Shown here: positions 25,328 to 39,567 of the stretch, piece by piece | Layout: the number at the start of each line of letters is the position of its first letter | Numbering within the stretch: position 1 is the stretch's first letter | Source: Octopus vulgaris | Taxonomy: Eukaryota | NCBI GenBank assembly: GCA_951406725.2 | Contig: OX597824.1 | Span: 40,362,001-40,426,000, forward strand | Length of the DNA stretch: 64,000 nucleotides | Direction of reading: 5' to 3' | The notes under the pieces: generated by a model | Database searches by the model: none | The model's input: the letters and a program-made list of their open reading frames with translations, nothing else | Told to the model about the DNA's origin: nothing | Position numbers and translations under genes: made by a program

Positions 25328-25634
25328 GGAGGCGCAATGGCCCAGTGGTTAGGGCAGCGGACTCGCGGTCGTAGGATAGCGGTTTCGATTCCCAGACCGG
25401 GCGTTGTGAGTGTTTACTGAGCGAAAACACCTAAAAAAGCTCCACGCGGCTCCAGCCAGGGGTGGTGATCCCTGCTGTACTCTTTCACCTCTCTTTCTCT
25501 CACTCTTTTGTCTGTTGGTCTGCTCGCTTAGCCAGTGGGGTGGCATCATTCGAAGGCTAAAACAATGCGAATGCATTGTGACCAGCGATGTGTAGCAACA
25601 TCTGATGGTCTGGTCGGTCACATGATCACGTGAT
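25328..25634 (+). mobile_element. young tRNA-derived SINE (CpG-rich, family C-related head)
   Basis: GGAGGCGCAATGGCCCAGTGGTTAGGGC A box, GGTTTCGATTCCC B box, (CACGTGAT)-type tail; not a clean cloverleaf. Confidence 0.8.
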
Positions 25635-25834
25635 ACATATATGTATATGTTTGTATCCATGTATGTATCTACCTATCTGTGTGTATGTGTGTGCATATGT
25701 ATTTATATCAGGCTCAATGTTGTGAGTAAAAATCTCAGGATAAGCAGTAGGTATTCATGAAATAAATTGTCAATAAAGACCTTATCATCATGAGACAAGA
25801 TGTAAAAATATTTTGACAAATGCACCTGGTTATA

Positions 25835-26721
25835 CAAGGTGCATTTCAGAAGTCTCCAAACTTTTTTTCAGGAGAGACATTTATTAATTTCAAATAAATA
25901 CAAAACTCTAATCTCCTTCAAAGTAGGATTTTTTACTTCAATGCATTTGTAATGCTCCAATCACTTCATGAAGGATCTTTGTCACAGCCTCCCTCATTTT
26001 CTCAATGTCTTCAAAACAGTTACAGCTTGGGGATCAACCAAATGTCACAAGGTGCAAGGACTGAACTGTATGGAGAGTGAGGGACAGTTTTGATGTCCAC
26101 TTCTTTCCAGTAATTGGTTACCAATATACTTCTTACTGAACACCCTAAGAACAAATTCTGCCCAGATTTTGTGCATGAGCACCCTGGGAACAGACTCTGC
26201 TCATGTTCAGATCTTTATGAATAATTCTATGCACAGATACCACACCAATTCCAACTTGCATGCCTATTATCTTTATAGATACATAAAGGTCTTCATCCAG
26301 AAAATTACAGATTTCCTCAACCAGCTCTGATATTCTGACATCCCTCTCCTTCTCACTTTTCTCATCATCTCTCACCTCCTCTCTACCATCCTTGGGCCTT
26401 TTGTGCCAGTGTAAAAGTTGATCCAGAAGCAATCTGGAGCATTCCATAAATCTCAGTAGCGTTTTTCCCCAGTTTAACACAAAACTTTGTTGCATGGTGA
26501 ACTGCTTGACTGCATTCTGCAGACCAGTTGGCTGCGACTCACAGTGTTTTGTAGGGCATGTTCAAAGTGCTGTTAGAGCCATCTCTTTCACTCTGGAATA
26601 ACAAAAGTTAACAGGTCAGCTTATTAGACATATAGTTATGATATACTAAAATTACAAAATTCTAGGACAGTTATAACTGCCATTCCTAAACAAAGCCTCA
26701 AAACTTCTTGAATGTACCTTG
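25835..26721 (-). mobile_element. internally deleted mariner element with transposase pseudogene
   Basis: TA-flanked TIRs CAAGGTGCATTTCAGAAGT / ACTTCTTGAATGTACCTTG; minus-strand HTH remnant WHKRPKDGREEVRDDEKS...VSVHRIIHKDLNMSRVC (26145-26495) and HSPYSSVLAPCDIWLIPKL (26023-26079), the decayed mariner YSPDLAP motif. Confidence 0.88.
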
Positions 26722-27571
26722 TACCTCACCATTTTTATTTTATATCTATTTTCCATGCTGGTATGGGTCAGATGAGTCATCCCAATTGGGTCTCTTCGTA
26801 TTTGGTGTTATAACAAATTGGAAATTATTCAGTTTTTATATTTGATAAATGGTATTTATACTTCTAGTCTTGGTAGGTCCTGCTTACTTTATATTCCCTT
26901 TAACACTTTCATTTCTATATTTCCGTTGAAAAACACTGCTTTTGTTTCAGTTACTTTTGAAAATAATGAAGAACAAAATAATGGACAAAATGCTTAGTAG
27001 CATTTTTCTGGCTCTTTACATACTGCGTTCAAATGCTGCCAAGGTCGACTTTGCCCTTCATCTTTATGGTGTTGATAAATTAAGTACTTTTGCCTTTAAA
27101 TTTTTTTTTTCTTTGATGGATGGCGGGGTTGATAAAATAAGTACCAGTTGAGCACTGGTGTCAATGTACTTTGTTTTAGGTAGATACTATGTATATAAGG
27201 TCATTACTCTCTGCAACATGAAAATGATGTGTGATTTCTTAGCTTGAGCTCAGTTCATTCCATGAGCAAAGCACCTTACAAACTGGTACCCCACTGGTTA
27301 CAATGATGAGGTTTCCAGTTGATCCAATGAGTGGAAAAGTCTACCTCATCTACTCACAAGGCTTTGGTCAGCCCAAGGCTATAGTAGAAGACACTTGCCC
27401 AAGGTGCCACGCAATGGGACTGAACCTGGAACCATGTGGTTGGTAAGCAAGCTGTTAAAATTACATTGCTTTCTTTCAATTAATTTTGAAAACAATAATT
27501 AAGCAAAATAACTCTCTCACATAAATTAGCATGAAATTTTGATGGAAGGTTTTCATTTAGACCACTTTACG

Positions 27572-27789
27572 CCTTTTTGTTACCATACTTCTCTTAAAAT
27601 GCACCACCTTCCTTTCAATTAATTTTGAAAACAATAAATCATTTAGCAAAGTAACTTTGTCACTTTTAAGCTGAAATTTGGATCATAAATTAGCATAAAG
27701 TTTTGATAGGTTTTAATTTAGATCACATTAAAGTAGGAAGTTTGTTCCATAGAACCAAGGGCAGTCTCAGATGGGCTGGTATCAAAAGG
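27572..27789. mobile_element. degenerate piggyBac-like MITE
   Basis: CCTTTTTGTTACC start; ends GGGCTGGTATCAAAAGG+TTAA. Confidence 0.65.
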
Positions 27790-28119
27790 TTAATGATCTC
27801 AGCTGTTGGGATTTAAATGTCTGGTCACAGTTGAGCAGTCACATCAAGGCTGTTTCTCAATTGGTTTTATGGATGGTTTCTCTAAAGGTTCACATCAAAT
27901 CATCCTTAAACTGGTGACTGACGCTTGAATGGTTTGCTGGAAAATGTCTGACTTTCATATTTGAAACATTGTTCATGTATGCTGTTGTTGTTGTAATTAC
28001 TAAATCTATTCTGACTGAATGGGCACAAATGCAATGTAAATTAAAAATCAATAGCCATTTTTCAGTAACCCAAGATTTTCATGTTCAGGAAATAAGAAAT
28101 ATAATCTTTTTCTTTGATT

Positions 28120-28189
<70 letters not shown>

Positions 28190-28736
28190 TATTCGCTTTA
28201 CATCCATTTTTCCATACTTGCATGGGTTAGATGAGTATTTTATTGAGATATTGTTTGAAAGCTGAATGGCCATACAGGTTTTTCAAGAGGTGGATCTGAT
28301 CTTTTAATTCATGCATCTTTGAAGGTGTGAAATGAGCAGATGATTTGTTGAGAGGAGAAGTGATAATGGCATCGCCACTTGTAGCTTGCCAATTTCAAAG
28401 AGCACAAATGTAAACAAATACACACACACACATATATATATATACATTATAACCTTCTCTTAGTTTCCATTTACCACAACCTTGCTTGAGAAGCAAACTT
28501 CCCTAACCACATGTTTGTTTCTACACACACACACACACACACACACACAACTATGTAAAAGGCAATCTTGATTTCCAACTTAATGTAGAGGTTGTGTCAG
28601 AATACAGAATACTGCATCGTAGTACTCTGTCTTCTAACACAACTTCCATGTTATGTTGTCATCAAGATTGCTTTTTGATATTAAAACTGTTTCCATCAAT
28701 GTTAATTACACACACACACACACACACACACACATA

Positions 28737-29129
28737 TCTCTATATATATAAAGCTGAAGTTGTCTGTATATGGCAGGTTTGGTAGCCTTCAACTAACACT
28801 ATCTCCTCCGAGACCCTGCAGCGCAAGTTGACCAAAATTGAGAGTATGATAGAAGAAGGCTTGCTCTTCCTTCCGTAGAAAAAAAAATTCAAATCAGACC
28901 ATGTTAACACCAAAAATTATTTAATTCAAAAAGGTGCTTTTTTTCTATGAAAATCCTTATTTTTTACGATTTTTTTTACTGCTGTGTCACAATTTTTCGG
29001 TGCATTTCAACCAGAAAAATGTTCACTTAAAGAGAATATCAAGCTACATAATGCAAAATTTTTACTTTTCAAAAATTCCAATTCTAAAGGGTCGAAACAA
29101 ACCCGAGCAACGCCAGGCGATACTGCTAG
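28737..29129 (+). mobile_element. non-autonomous Helitron (family H1)
   Basis: A|TC 5' end (TCTCTATATATATAAAGCTGAAG), 3' hairpin CCCGAGCAACGCCAGG then CTAG|T, no TSD; second full copy at 57353-57748. Confidence 0.85.
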
Positions 29130-29535
29130 TATATATATAAAATCATCATCATCATTTTAGTGTCCACTTTTCCATGTTTGAATGGAATGGAACAGACAGA
29201 ATTGATTGAGATTGATTTTTCTATGGGTGGATACTCTTCCGGTCACTAACCCTCTCTTGTTTCCAAGTAGAATAATATTTCGCATAGCCAGGCATTTTAG
29301 TTAGTTCTTCATTATTAATTTTTTTTCTTAATTCATTGAAAGAAAGACAGTGTAGCTTATCAGAAATATATTAACATTTTTAACATGGTTCAGATTATTC
29401 TGCATAACAGTCATTTCTAATTTAAGCACAAGGCCAGCAACTTTGATGGAATGAGGTTAGTCAATACCATTGGCCCTAATACTTGACAGATACTTTATTT
29501 TATTGTCCCTGGGGGGATAAAAGGCAAAGGTTATC

Positions 29536-29777
29536 TCAAATCGGACCATGTTAACACCAAAAATTATTTAATTCAAAAAGGTGCTTTTTTTTTCTATGAA
29601 AATCCCTATTTTTTATGATTTTTTTACTGCTTTGTCGCCATTTTTCGGTGCATTTCAACCAGAAAAATGTTCACTTAAAGAGAATATCAAGCTACATAAT
29701 GCAAAATTGTTACTTTTCAAAAATTCCAATTATAAAGGGTCGAAACAAACCCGAGCAACGCCGGGCGATACTGCTAA
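29536..29777 (+). mobile_element. 5'-truncated duplicate of Helitron H1
   Basis: Matches 28889-29129; ends CCCGAGCAACGCCGGGCGATACTGCTAA. Confidence 0.85.
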
Positions 29778-30113
29778 TATATATATAAAATTTGTCTGTC
29801 TGCGTCTGTCAGGTCCCTGACCCTGACCACGGCTTTCAACCGATTCTGATGAAACTTGACACACACATAGCCCAATGTCATAATTCAAAACTAACGCAGC
29901 GAAAATTTTGAAAAGTTCCCCAGTTCATGGTGTCGAGAATCAGAAACACAAACCACAGACTGTCTAGGGGACGCAACTCGACCTTTTTAACTCTCAAAAA
30001 AATTTACCATCATTTTTTCCCCATTTTTTTGCTATTTTTTGGCTATAACTCTCTAAAAATGCTTTATAGTTATTTCCCTTACAAACCCGAGCAACGCCGG
30101 GCGATACTGCTAG
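29778..30113 (+). mobile_element. non-autonomous Helitron (family H2)
   Basis: TATATATAAAATTTGTCTGTCTG start, CCGATTCTGATGAAACTT motif, same 3' hairpin plus CTAG|T as H1. Confidence 0.8.
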
Positions 30114-33100
30114 TATATATATAAAATCATCATCATTTTAGTGTCCACTTTTCCATGTTTGAATGGAATGGAACAGACAGAATTGATTGAGATTGATTTT
30201 TCTATGGGTGGATACTCTTCCTGTCACTAACCCTCTCTTGTTTCCAAGTAGAATAATATTTCGCATAGCCAGGCATTTTAGTTAGTTCTTCATTATTAAT
30301 TTTTTTTCTTAATTCATTGAAAGAAAGACAGTGTAGCTTATCAGAAATATATTAACATTTTTAACATGGTTTAGATTATTCGGCATAACAACCATTTCTG
30401 ATTTAGGCACAAGGCCAGCAACTTTGATGGGATGAGGTTAGTCAATACCATTGGCCCTAATATTTGACAGATACTTTATTTTATTGACCCTGGAGGAATA
30501 AAAAGGCAAAAGTTATCTCAGATTTGAACTCAGAACATTAAATAGCTAGAAGAAATGCCACAAGGCATTGAATGATTAAGTAACTGATATTGACTTCAGG
30601 GGTACAGAATTCTCAAGTCAATTTTAGTTTAGTTTGAACTCAAAATATTGAAGAAGAGACTCTAAATGTTAAAGTGTTTCACCTAATTCCAGGAAACTCA
30701 CTGCCCTTTCTTTTCCTAGATGCAACAATTACACTTTACATTTTAATAGATGTTAGTTCTATTCTATTTTTGCTTGTTTTTGTTGTTTTCTTTTCTGTTT
30801 GCTTGTTTATTAAATATGAATAATTTCTCTCTCTAAGTCTAGATGTTGGTTATTCTATGTTAGCAAACTAAGATAAGATTAGATGAGCAGGTGGAAATTG
30901 CATTGTTCACCTTGTATTTACTCCAATGCAGACTAGGCAGCTGTCCTCTTACTACATACACACCCCACCCCTATATAAACACATACACACCATTTCATTC
31001 TCCATACAGCCATTCTGTAATTGCTGTAGCTAGTTTGCTATTTCTACTACCATTGGCCAAATTCCAATTCCAAAAACCAGTCACTATAGCAATTGCTATT
31101 TCTCTTTCTCTCTCTCTCTCTCTTACAAAGCTTGTTTTGTAATAAAAAAAAAACAAAACAAAGAAACCAAGTTTAGTGACCATTATTAGTGGTGCCTTAG
31201 ACTAGAGATGCTGTAAATTTGAGAAAAGATATCATCAATTTAATTAACATGTTCTTTTATAAATCCCTAGAATGCCTTCTACTTCTCCTACCTCCCCCAA
31301 CTCATGCATCATTGGTCATTCCCTCCCCACTACCTTTTATCCACCATTCACTTCATCCACCCTTCAACCCTACCTAACCTTTACAGATGTTGTCCACCTC
31401 CCCTCACCCATTCCCCATCTCTCACTCTACCCATGCACTCTTACAACCTCCACCGTCTACACTTATGGTTCCTCATGTGCTCCTACTTGTGAAAGTTCAC
31501 CCAGACTCCTCATCACTATCATTTTCAACTCTAACTCTTTCCAGCTCCATCTGTTTACTCCCACTTCTCTTTTAAAATGTGAATTGTTATGTAGCTCTTC
31601 TACAGTAAGAAATTGGTTCTTCTCTGGCTCCTTCTCTCATACACTAACCCCATCATGTCCAGACATAAAGCAACTCCCTTTGGAATTTGGAGCCGTGCAA
31701 GCTGCATGGCAACTTTAGGATTGATAGCACCAAAAACAAAAAAAGGCAACCAGTACATGTAAAGTATTTGGTATTAAGAAGGGCATCCTGTTGTAGAAAC
31801 CATGACACTAGAACACAATGCAGTCCTCAGATCCATCACATCCATTCAAACCATCTGACTCAAGCCAGCATAGAACATGGATGTTAAATGATGATGATGA
31901 TGATTAAAGCATCCTTGGTGGGGATGCAACACAGTACTTCAGGGAGATTTTAAATCAGAACTTAGATGGATGAGATTAAACATTATAAAGGCATTCTATC
32001 TGGTGCTCTCTTTAGAGAGCCTATAAACCCTCATGTATTACACAGGATTGTCATTTTTGTGAAGGTGTCCTCATTTTTTCCCCCTGCTTATTCAGTCCTT
32101 AATAACCATGAACACTTTTCATATAACTGACTAAAATATTTTATGCAATTAAAACTTGTAACTATTACAATCACTGTTTCTTGTATGATGTTCTATTCAA
32201 ATAATTGTTGTACATATGTGAGTACAAATGTGCCACTTCATATGTATTTAGTGGTGTCATCATTCTAGTTGATAATAGTCATTAATTCACCATTGGTTGT
32301 TCACAATATTAGGTAGGCTTCATGTGGGAGGTGAGAATGACAGCTAATATTTGTATAATTTACTATATTTTTTTTTATTTGAATCCATCATATAAACTTA
32401 ACCTTATTGTTTTTGCCACAATGTACCACCACCATTGTTGCATACAGCAAAAATAAATAATTGTTTCTAGAATAGACATAAGGTCAGCAGTTTGGAGAGA
32501 AGTGAGTTCGTTAATTTAATTGATCTCAATACTCTTTATTTTATCGACCCCTGGAAGGATGACAGGGAGAATTGACAACAGCAAGATTTGAACTCAGAAT
32601 GTAAAGAGCCAGAACAAATACTTGCAAAGTATTTGGTTTTGCAGATTTGCTACCCTTTTATTGGGAAAGTATTAATGATGTGGAAAAGAAGAGGAAGGGA
32701 AACAGAAAGTTGATTTCTCAGTGTTAACTTCAGTTTCACCCGTTTCAGTAAGGCTTTGTAAAGATTAATATAAATACATTGATTGGATTAACCCATTTTA
32801 TCTTAATATTTAAATTTATAAATCAAAGTGAAAGATGCTTCCAGTTTTTAAAAATTAATTTAGTGGAAACTTTTATGATCTCCCATTACATTTAATTATT
32901 TAATGTTCTATAGATTATCAAAAAAAAATGGGGTCCCAGAGAGAAAATTCTGTAAAGCAGAACAGGAAGCTTCTGGGACCCCTTTCTCTGTCAGAACTTA
33001 TTTTTTCTTTTTTAAGGGAGGGGTCTATTAAATATTCACAGGCTACTACCTATTTCTATACCCCATCCCAAGACCAAAATACCAGCTGACAAGGATATAA

Positions 33101-33293
33101 GAGGTAGGGTCTTACATACCTTGTCTACAAAAGCATATCAGGGAAGCATCTCCTCTGCTAAGGCCACCAGCACAAGTGCCAGTAAGGCGACGCTGGTAAC
33201 AATCACGCTCAAATGGTGCTTTTTCCGTGCCACCGACATGGAAGCCAGTTAGTTGCTCTAGCAATGATATATATATATATATATATATATATA

Positions 33294-33700
33294 CTTTACT
33301 TTACTTGTTTCAGTCATTTGACTGCGGCCATGCTGGAGCACCACCTTTAGTCGAGCAAATCGACCCCGGGACTTATTCTTTGTAAGCTTAGTACTTATTC
33401 TATAGGTCTCTTTTGCCAAACCGCTAAGTGACAGGGACATAAACACACCAGCATCAGTTGTCAAACTATGCTAGGGGGACAAACACAGATACACAAACAT
33501 ATACACACACATACATATATATATATACACATTTATACGACAGGCTTCTTTCAGTTTCCATCTACCAAATCCACTCACAAGGCATTGGTCGGCCCGAGGC
33601 TGCAGCAGAAGACACTTGCCCAAGGTGCCACGCAGTGAGACTGAACCTGGAACCATGAGATTGGTAAGCAAGCTACTTACCACACAGCCACTGCTGCGCC
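33294..33700 (-). mobile_element. full-length SINE family A
   Basis: Reverse-complement match to 22596-23010. Confidence 0.9.
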
Positions 33701-34136
33701 TATATATATATAAACACATGCACAGATATATATATGTCTACAAACAAAAGAAAAGAGCACTGGACATGTTTTGTTGAGTTTTAGTATTTATCTTAACAGC
33801 TTCACTCAGAATTACTTTGCTGAAGGTTGTTCTGTCATTTTTTTTTTCTTTTTTGCTTTCTTTTTTGTGACATGTTTTCTCTTACGTCTGTGGAACTTCC
33901 ATCCATGCAACTCTGAGTCAAGCTGTTAATAAATATAAGTGTGTGTGTGTGTGTGTGTGTGTAAATCAGGTTTTAACACTTCAGAAAGTAGCAAATACTA
34001 CATAGTGTGTATACATGTGTGTGTGTATGTGTGTGTGTGTGTATTGCTTTGTAGTAAAATGCTATTGAAATGTAGATTTTAAAAAAAGAGCATGCTATAT
34101 ATAGTGACAACTCTAAATATTTCCATTAATATTATT

Positions 34137-34322
34137 AGTAGTAGTAGTTGTAATAGTGGTAGTGGTTGTAGTAGTAGTAGTAACAGTAGTAGTAGTAGTA
34201 GTAGTAGTAATAACAGTAGTAGTAGTAGTAGTAGTAGTAGTAATAACAGTAGTAGTAGTAGTAGTAATAACAGTAGTAGTAGTAGTAATAACAGTAGTAG
34301 TAGTAGTAGTAGTAATAACAGC

Positions 34323-34353
<31 letters not shown>

Positions 34354-34371
34354 ACAGTAGTAGTAATAGTA
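34137..34371. repeat. (AGT)n trinucleotide repeat with AATAAC interruptions
   Basis: Direct reading. Confidence 0.9.
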
Positions 34372-34780
34372 GAAATCAAGAACTGCTGACTAAGGTTAAA
34401 ATTTGATTTCCAAGTTAATACTTTGTCGCCCCTCCCCTCCTCCCATGCACAATATTTTCTTCTCCCCAGTCATTTTTCCATGTAATCACATCTTATAAAT
34501 ATTTGAAATGTTCTGAGACAAAATGCAGAGCATCTGCCTCTGTCTTGACACAATCTGATAGAAATAACATCCAAACGTCCTTGAAATTACGTACTTCTGT
34601 GTTTAAGAAGGAATGTTACGTTGGGTAATGTAGTCTTAGAAAATGATTCAGGTGATTGTAATCCCTTTAATGCCTTTTCACCATAAGTCAGCTCAGTAGA
34701 TATGATTTGGGCTAAACAACAACATTTTCAATAAGAGCACAAACTGTAGAAGCCACTTCTCTTTAAAAAAATGGAGAGAT

Positions 34781-35592
34781 GGTGCAGGTGTGGCTGTGTG
34801 GTAAGGCGGCGAGCTGGCAGAAATGTTAGCACGCTGGGCGAAATACTTAGCAGTATTTTGTCTGTCTTTATGTTCTGAGTTTAAATTCTGCCGAGGTCAA
34901 CTTTGCCTTTCATCCTTTCAGGGTCGATAAATTAAGTACCAGTTACGCACTGGGGTCGATGTAATCGACTTAATCCATTTGTCCCCTCTATGTTTAGCCC
35001 CTTGTGGGTAGTAAAGAAATAGGTATTTTGTCTGCCGTTACATTCTGAGTTCAAATTCCGCTGAGGTCAACTTTGCCTTTCATCCTTTCAGGGTCGATAA
35101 ATTAAGTACCAGTTACGCACTGGGGTCAATGTAATCGACTTAATCCGTTTGTCTGTCCTTGTTTGTCCCCTCTATATTATGCCTCTTGTGGGCAATAAAG
35201 AAAGAAGCAGCTTGCTTCCCAGCTACATAGTTCTGGGTTCAGTCTTACTGTGTGACACATTGGGTGAGTGTCTTTTAGTATTGCATTGGGCTGACCAAAA
35301 CCATGTGAGTGGATTTGGTTGACAAAAACTGAAAGAAGCTCATTGTATGTGTTTGTGTGTGTGTGTGTGTGTGGATCTTTCTGTCCGTGTTTGTCCCCCA
35401 CCACTGCTTGACAACTGGTGTTGGTATGTTTACATCACCATAAACTTAGTGGTTCAGCAAAAGAGACTGATAAAATAAGTACCAGGCTCAAAAAATATAA
35501 GAATGGGGTCGATTCATTCAACTAAAAATTCTTCAAGGTGGTGCCCCAGCATGGCCACAGTCAAATGACTGAAACAAGTAAAAGACTAAAGA
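34781..35592 (+). mobile_element. SINE family A interrupted just after its A box
   Basis: GGTGCAGGTGTGGCTGTGTGGTAAG ... resumes CAGCTTGCTTCCCAG at about 35208. Confidence 0.8.
34805..35204 (+). mobile_element. tandem dimer of Meta-like SINE family B
   Basis: Full copy then 5'-truncated copy from about 35022, each with GCCTTTCATCCTTTCAGGGTCGATAAATTAAGTACCAG and TAAAGAAA tail. Confidence 0.85.
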
Positions 35593-35944
35593 CAGATATC
35601 ATTTTTTATCGTTTACTTGTTTCAGTCATTGGACTGGGGCCATGCTGGGAACCACTGCCTTGAAGGGTTTCAGTTGAATGAATTGACCCCAGTATTTATT
35701 TTTAAACCTGGTATTTATTCTATCAGTCTCTTTGGCTGAACTGCCAAGTTACATGGATGTAAACAAATCAACACTGGTTGTCAAGTGGTGGAGGGGAACA
35801 AATACAGACACACACACACACACACACGCACATATATATAGGTGCAGGTGCACCATGAGCAGGTATCTTCTTCTATAGCTTCAGGCTGACAAAAGCCTTG
35901 TGAGTGGATTTGGTAGATGGAGACTGAAAGAAGCCCATCATATA

Positions 35945-36140
35945 CGAGGGATGTTCAATAAGTAATGCCCCTGACCCATTTGCAGTTGTTTGATCTAACT
36001 GAAATTTTTCATGTGCAATTATTTATATCTCTATAGATTAAGTGGCAAATTACAGCTCTGAACTAATTGTCGTTTCTGATTTACAGGTGTTTGAACTGAG
36101 TCAAGTGTGAAATGGAGCCTGTTGAGTGTCGAGCAGTGCT
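35945..36140 (+). mobile_element. mariner 5' end fragment
   Basis: TA+CGAGGGATGTTCAATAAGTAATGCCCC terminus, then ATG reading MEPVECRAV (mariner N-terminus-like). Confidence 0.6.
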
Positions 36141-36146
36141 CGTATA

Positions 36147-36381
36147 TAGGGTGCAATGAATAAATTGTCATCTAAATTACACAAAAATGAAAATAATACT
36201 GACATCTCATTTTAACAGATAAATTTACCGCAATTACATGAAAATATCTTGAAATACTAAAGAGTAAATCTACAATAAAATCGCCATTGGCTTCAACCAC
36301 GTCCTCCAGACCTCTTCAAAATCTCCTGCAACTCATCTGTACAATATCCTTGTTTAAGTTGGTTAATGCTGCCATAATCCT
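36147..36381 (-). mobile_element. Tc1/mariner 3' fragment (transposase C-terminus plus TIR)
   Basis: Minus strand reads RIMAALTNLNKDIVQMSCRRF*RGLEDVVEANGDFI; terminus TA+TAGGGTG (decayed CAGGGTG). Confidence 0.65.
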
Positions 36382-38371
36382 ATAGTAGAAAGGATTATTA
36401 TTATTATTATTATTATTATTATCATTAAGATGACAAGCTGGCAGAATTTTTAGCATTCCAGGCAAAATGCTTGGTGGCATTTCATCCATCTTTACGGTCT
36501 GAGTTCAAATTTCACCAAGGTCGACTTTGCCTTTCATTCTTTCAGATCAATAAAATAAGTTCCAGTTGAACAAGGAAGGCGATGTAATCAACCTACACCC
36601 TCCCCCGAAATTGCTGGCCTTGTGCCAAAATTTGAAGCCAATATTTATAGCATTATATTCATCAGCCATAAAAAGCAATGTGTTTCAATAGAAATAGAGT
36701 AACAAATATATTAAGTCTAAAAATGGTTTTGGTCATAACTGGAATGTGTTTGATCAGTGGTCCGTTGACTCAGGACATACATTAAACATTATTTCCAGAT
36801 ATATCGTGAGCCACATGGACTTTATGAATAAAGAATTCTGACATAAATTCTGCTGAGTCACAGAGAGAAAGAGAAAAGTGTTTAATGTAATGCTTTAGAA
36901 ACATCTGGAGAATCTGAACTAATTTTACAGACCTTATTGTAACCATTGATAGATGAGAGAGGGAAAACTATTTGTATGGGTGGTGAGAATGTGGTTGTAG
37001 TTTGGTAGGTGTGCCATCTGTGATGATGATGATCATCATCATGATCATGCCTATGATGATGGTGTTGGTATTGATGATGATTGTGGTGGTGGTGATGAGG
37101 ATGATAATGGTGGTGGCGATGGTGATGGTAGGGATAATGATGGTAGTGGCGGTAGTGATGACAAAGCGATGATGGCAGTTATAAATTAGATTTTATTCCA
37201 TGCATTTTTCCTTTTGTTTGTATATCAATGAAATAAATGAGAAAACCTCTCCAAATTTCTATCGGTTGTATATTGGAGTGCATGTGTGTATGTATGCATG
37301 TACGTACATATATAAATATATACTTGTACACATATACACACATATACACACCCAGCATGTGTCCATTAAGCCTTTTGTGGTTTTTATTATTTTCTGTTTT
37401 TTCCAAAACATGCTCAAGTGTTGCCTTACATATGAAGCACTGTAATAATATATACATGAACAAGAACCTGTGTGTATGATGTATATATATATATATATAT
37501 ATTTGTGTATCTAATGTGTGTAGTTGTGAGGTTGGTTATTAGAAAAAAGTATGGAAACATGAGAGAGAGAATTTATTTTAAAAAAAAAGAAAACTAATAA
37601 AAAATTGATTTATTGCAATTATTTTTTTTTTTTCTGATATTACCATCATATTTACCATTCTGTTCTGTAATTGAAAATTGATGAAAATTGAGCAGTGTGT
37701 GTGTGTGTGTGTGTAAGTGTTAGAGTATGTGTATGAAAATATGAAAAGCAGTGTAAATTGTTGCAGGAATTTAATATTTGCTTAACAACTTTCTTTACAT
37801 ATTTATAACAGTTATGTGTGTGTCAGCGTGTAAGTTTACATATATAGATATGAGCATGTGATGTGTGAGTGTGTGAATGCCTGAAGGCATGTCTGTGTAG
37901 TTAAGAATTTTGCTTCTCAACCACATGGTTTCGGGTTCAGTCCCATTGCATGGCACCTTGAACAAGTGTCTTCTGTGACAGCTCTGGGCCATCCAAAGCT
38001 TTATGAGTGGATTTTGAGAAATGGAAAACTGAAAGAAGCCTATCATTCACACATGCATACACGCACATGTGTATCTCTCTCTTTCTATCTTTCTCTCTCT
38101 CTCCAACTCTCTCTCTCCCTCTCTTTCTATCTCAAACTTTGTGCGATAATTGTAAACAAGTTTTATCAGGATATAAGCAGTGTCCTTCATTTTCAATATT
38201 ATGTGAAACATGAAACCATGTCTAGCCATGGGGAAATATGTCTTTGCTTAGAAACATGTGAGAGTTAGTAACAGAAAGTGCATCTGAATGTAGAAAATCT
38301 ATCTCAGTAAATTACATCTGACACATGGAAGTATGGAAAAGTGGATATTAAAACAGTGAGGATGATAATGA

Positions 38372-39566
<1,195 letters not shown>

Positions 39567-39567
39567 A

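Noticed and set aside
25328-25400. Functional tRNA gene
   Set aside because: A and B boxes present but no clean cloverleaf, and it continues into a SINE body and tail.
31272-31718. 148-aa Pro/Ser/Thr-rich ORF
   Set aside because: C/T/A-biased low-complexity DNA with several overlapping open frames.
34092-34406. Poly-Ser/Val/Thr ORFs
   Set aside because: (AGT)n microsatellite.
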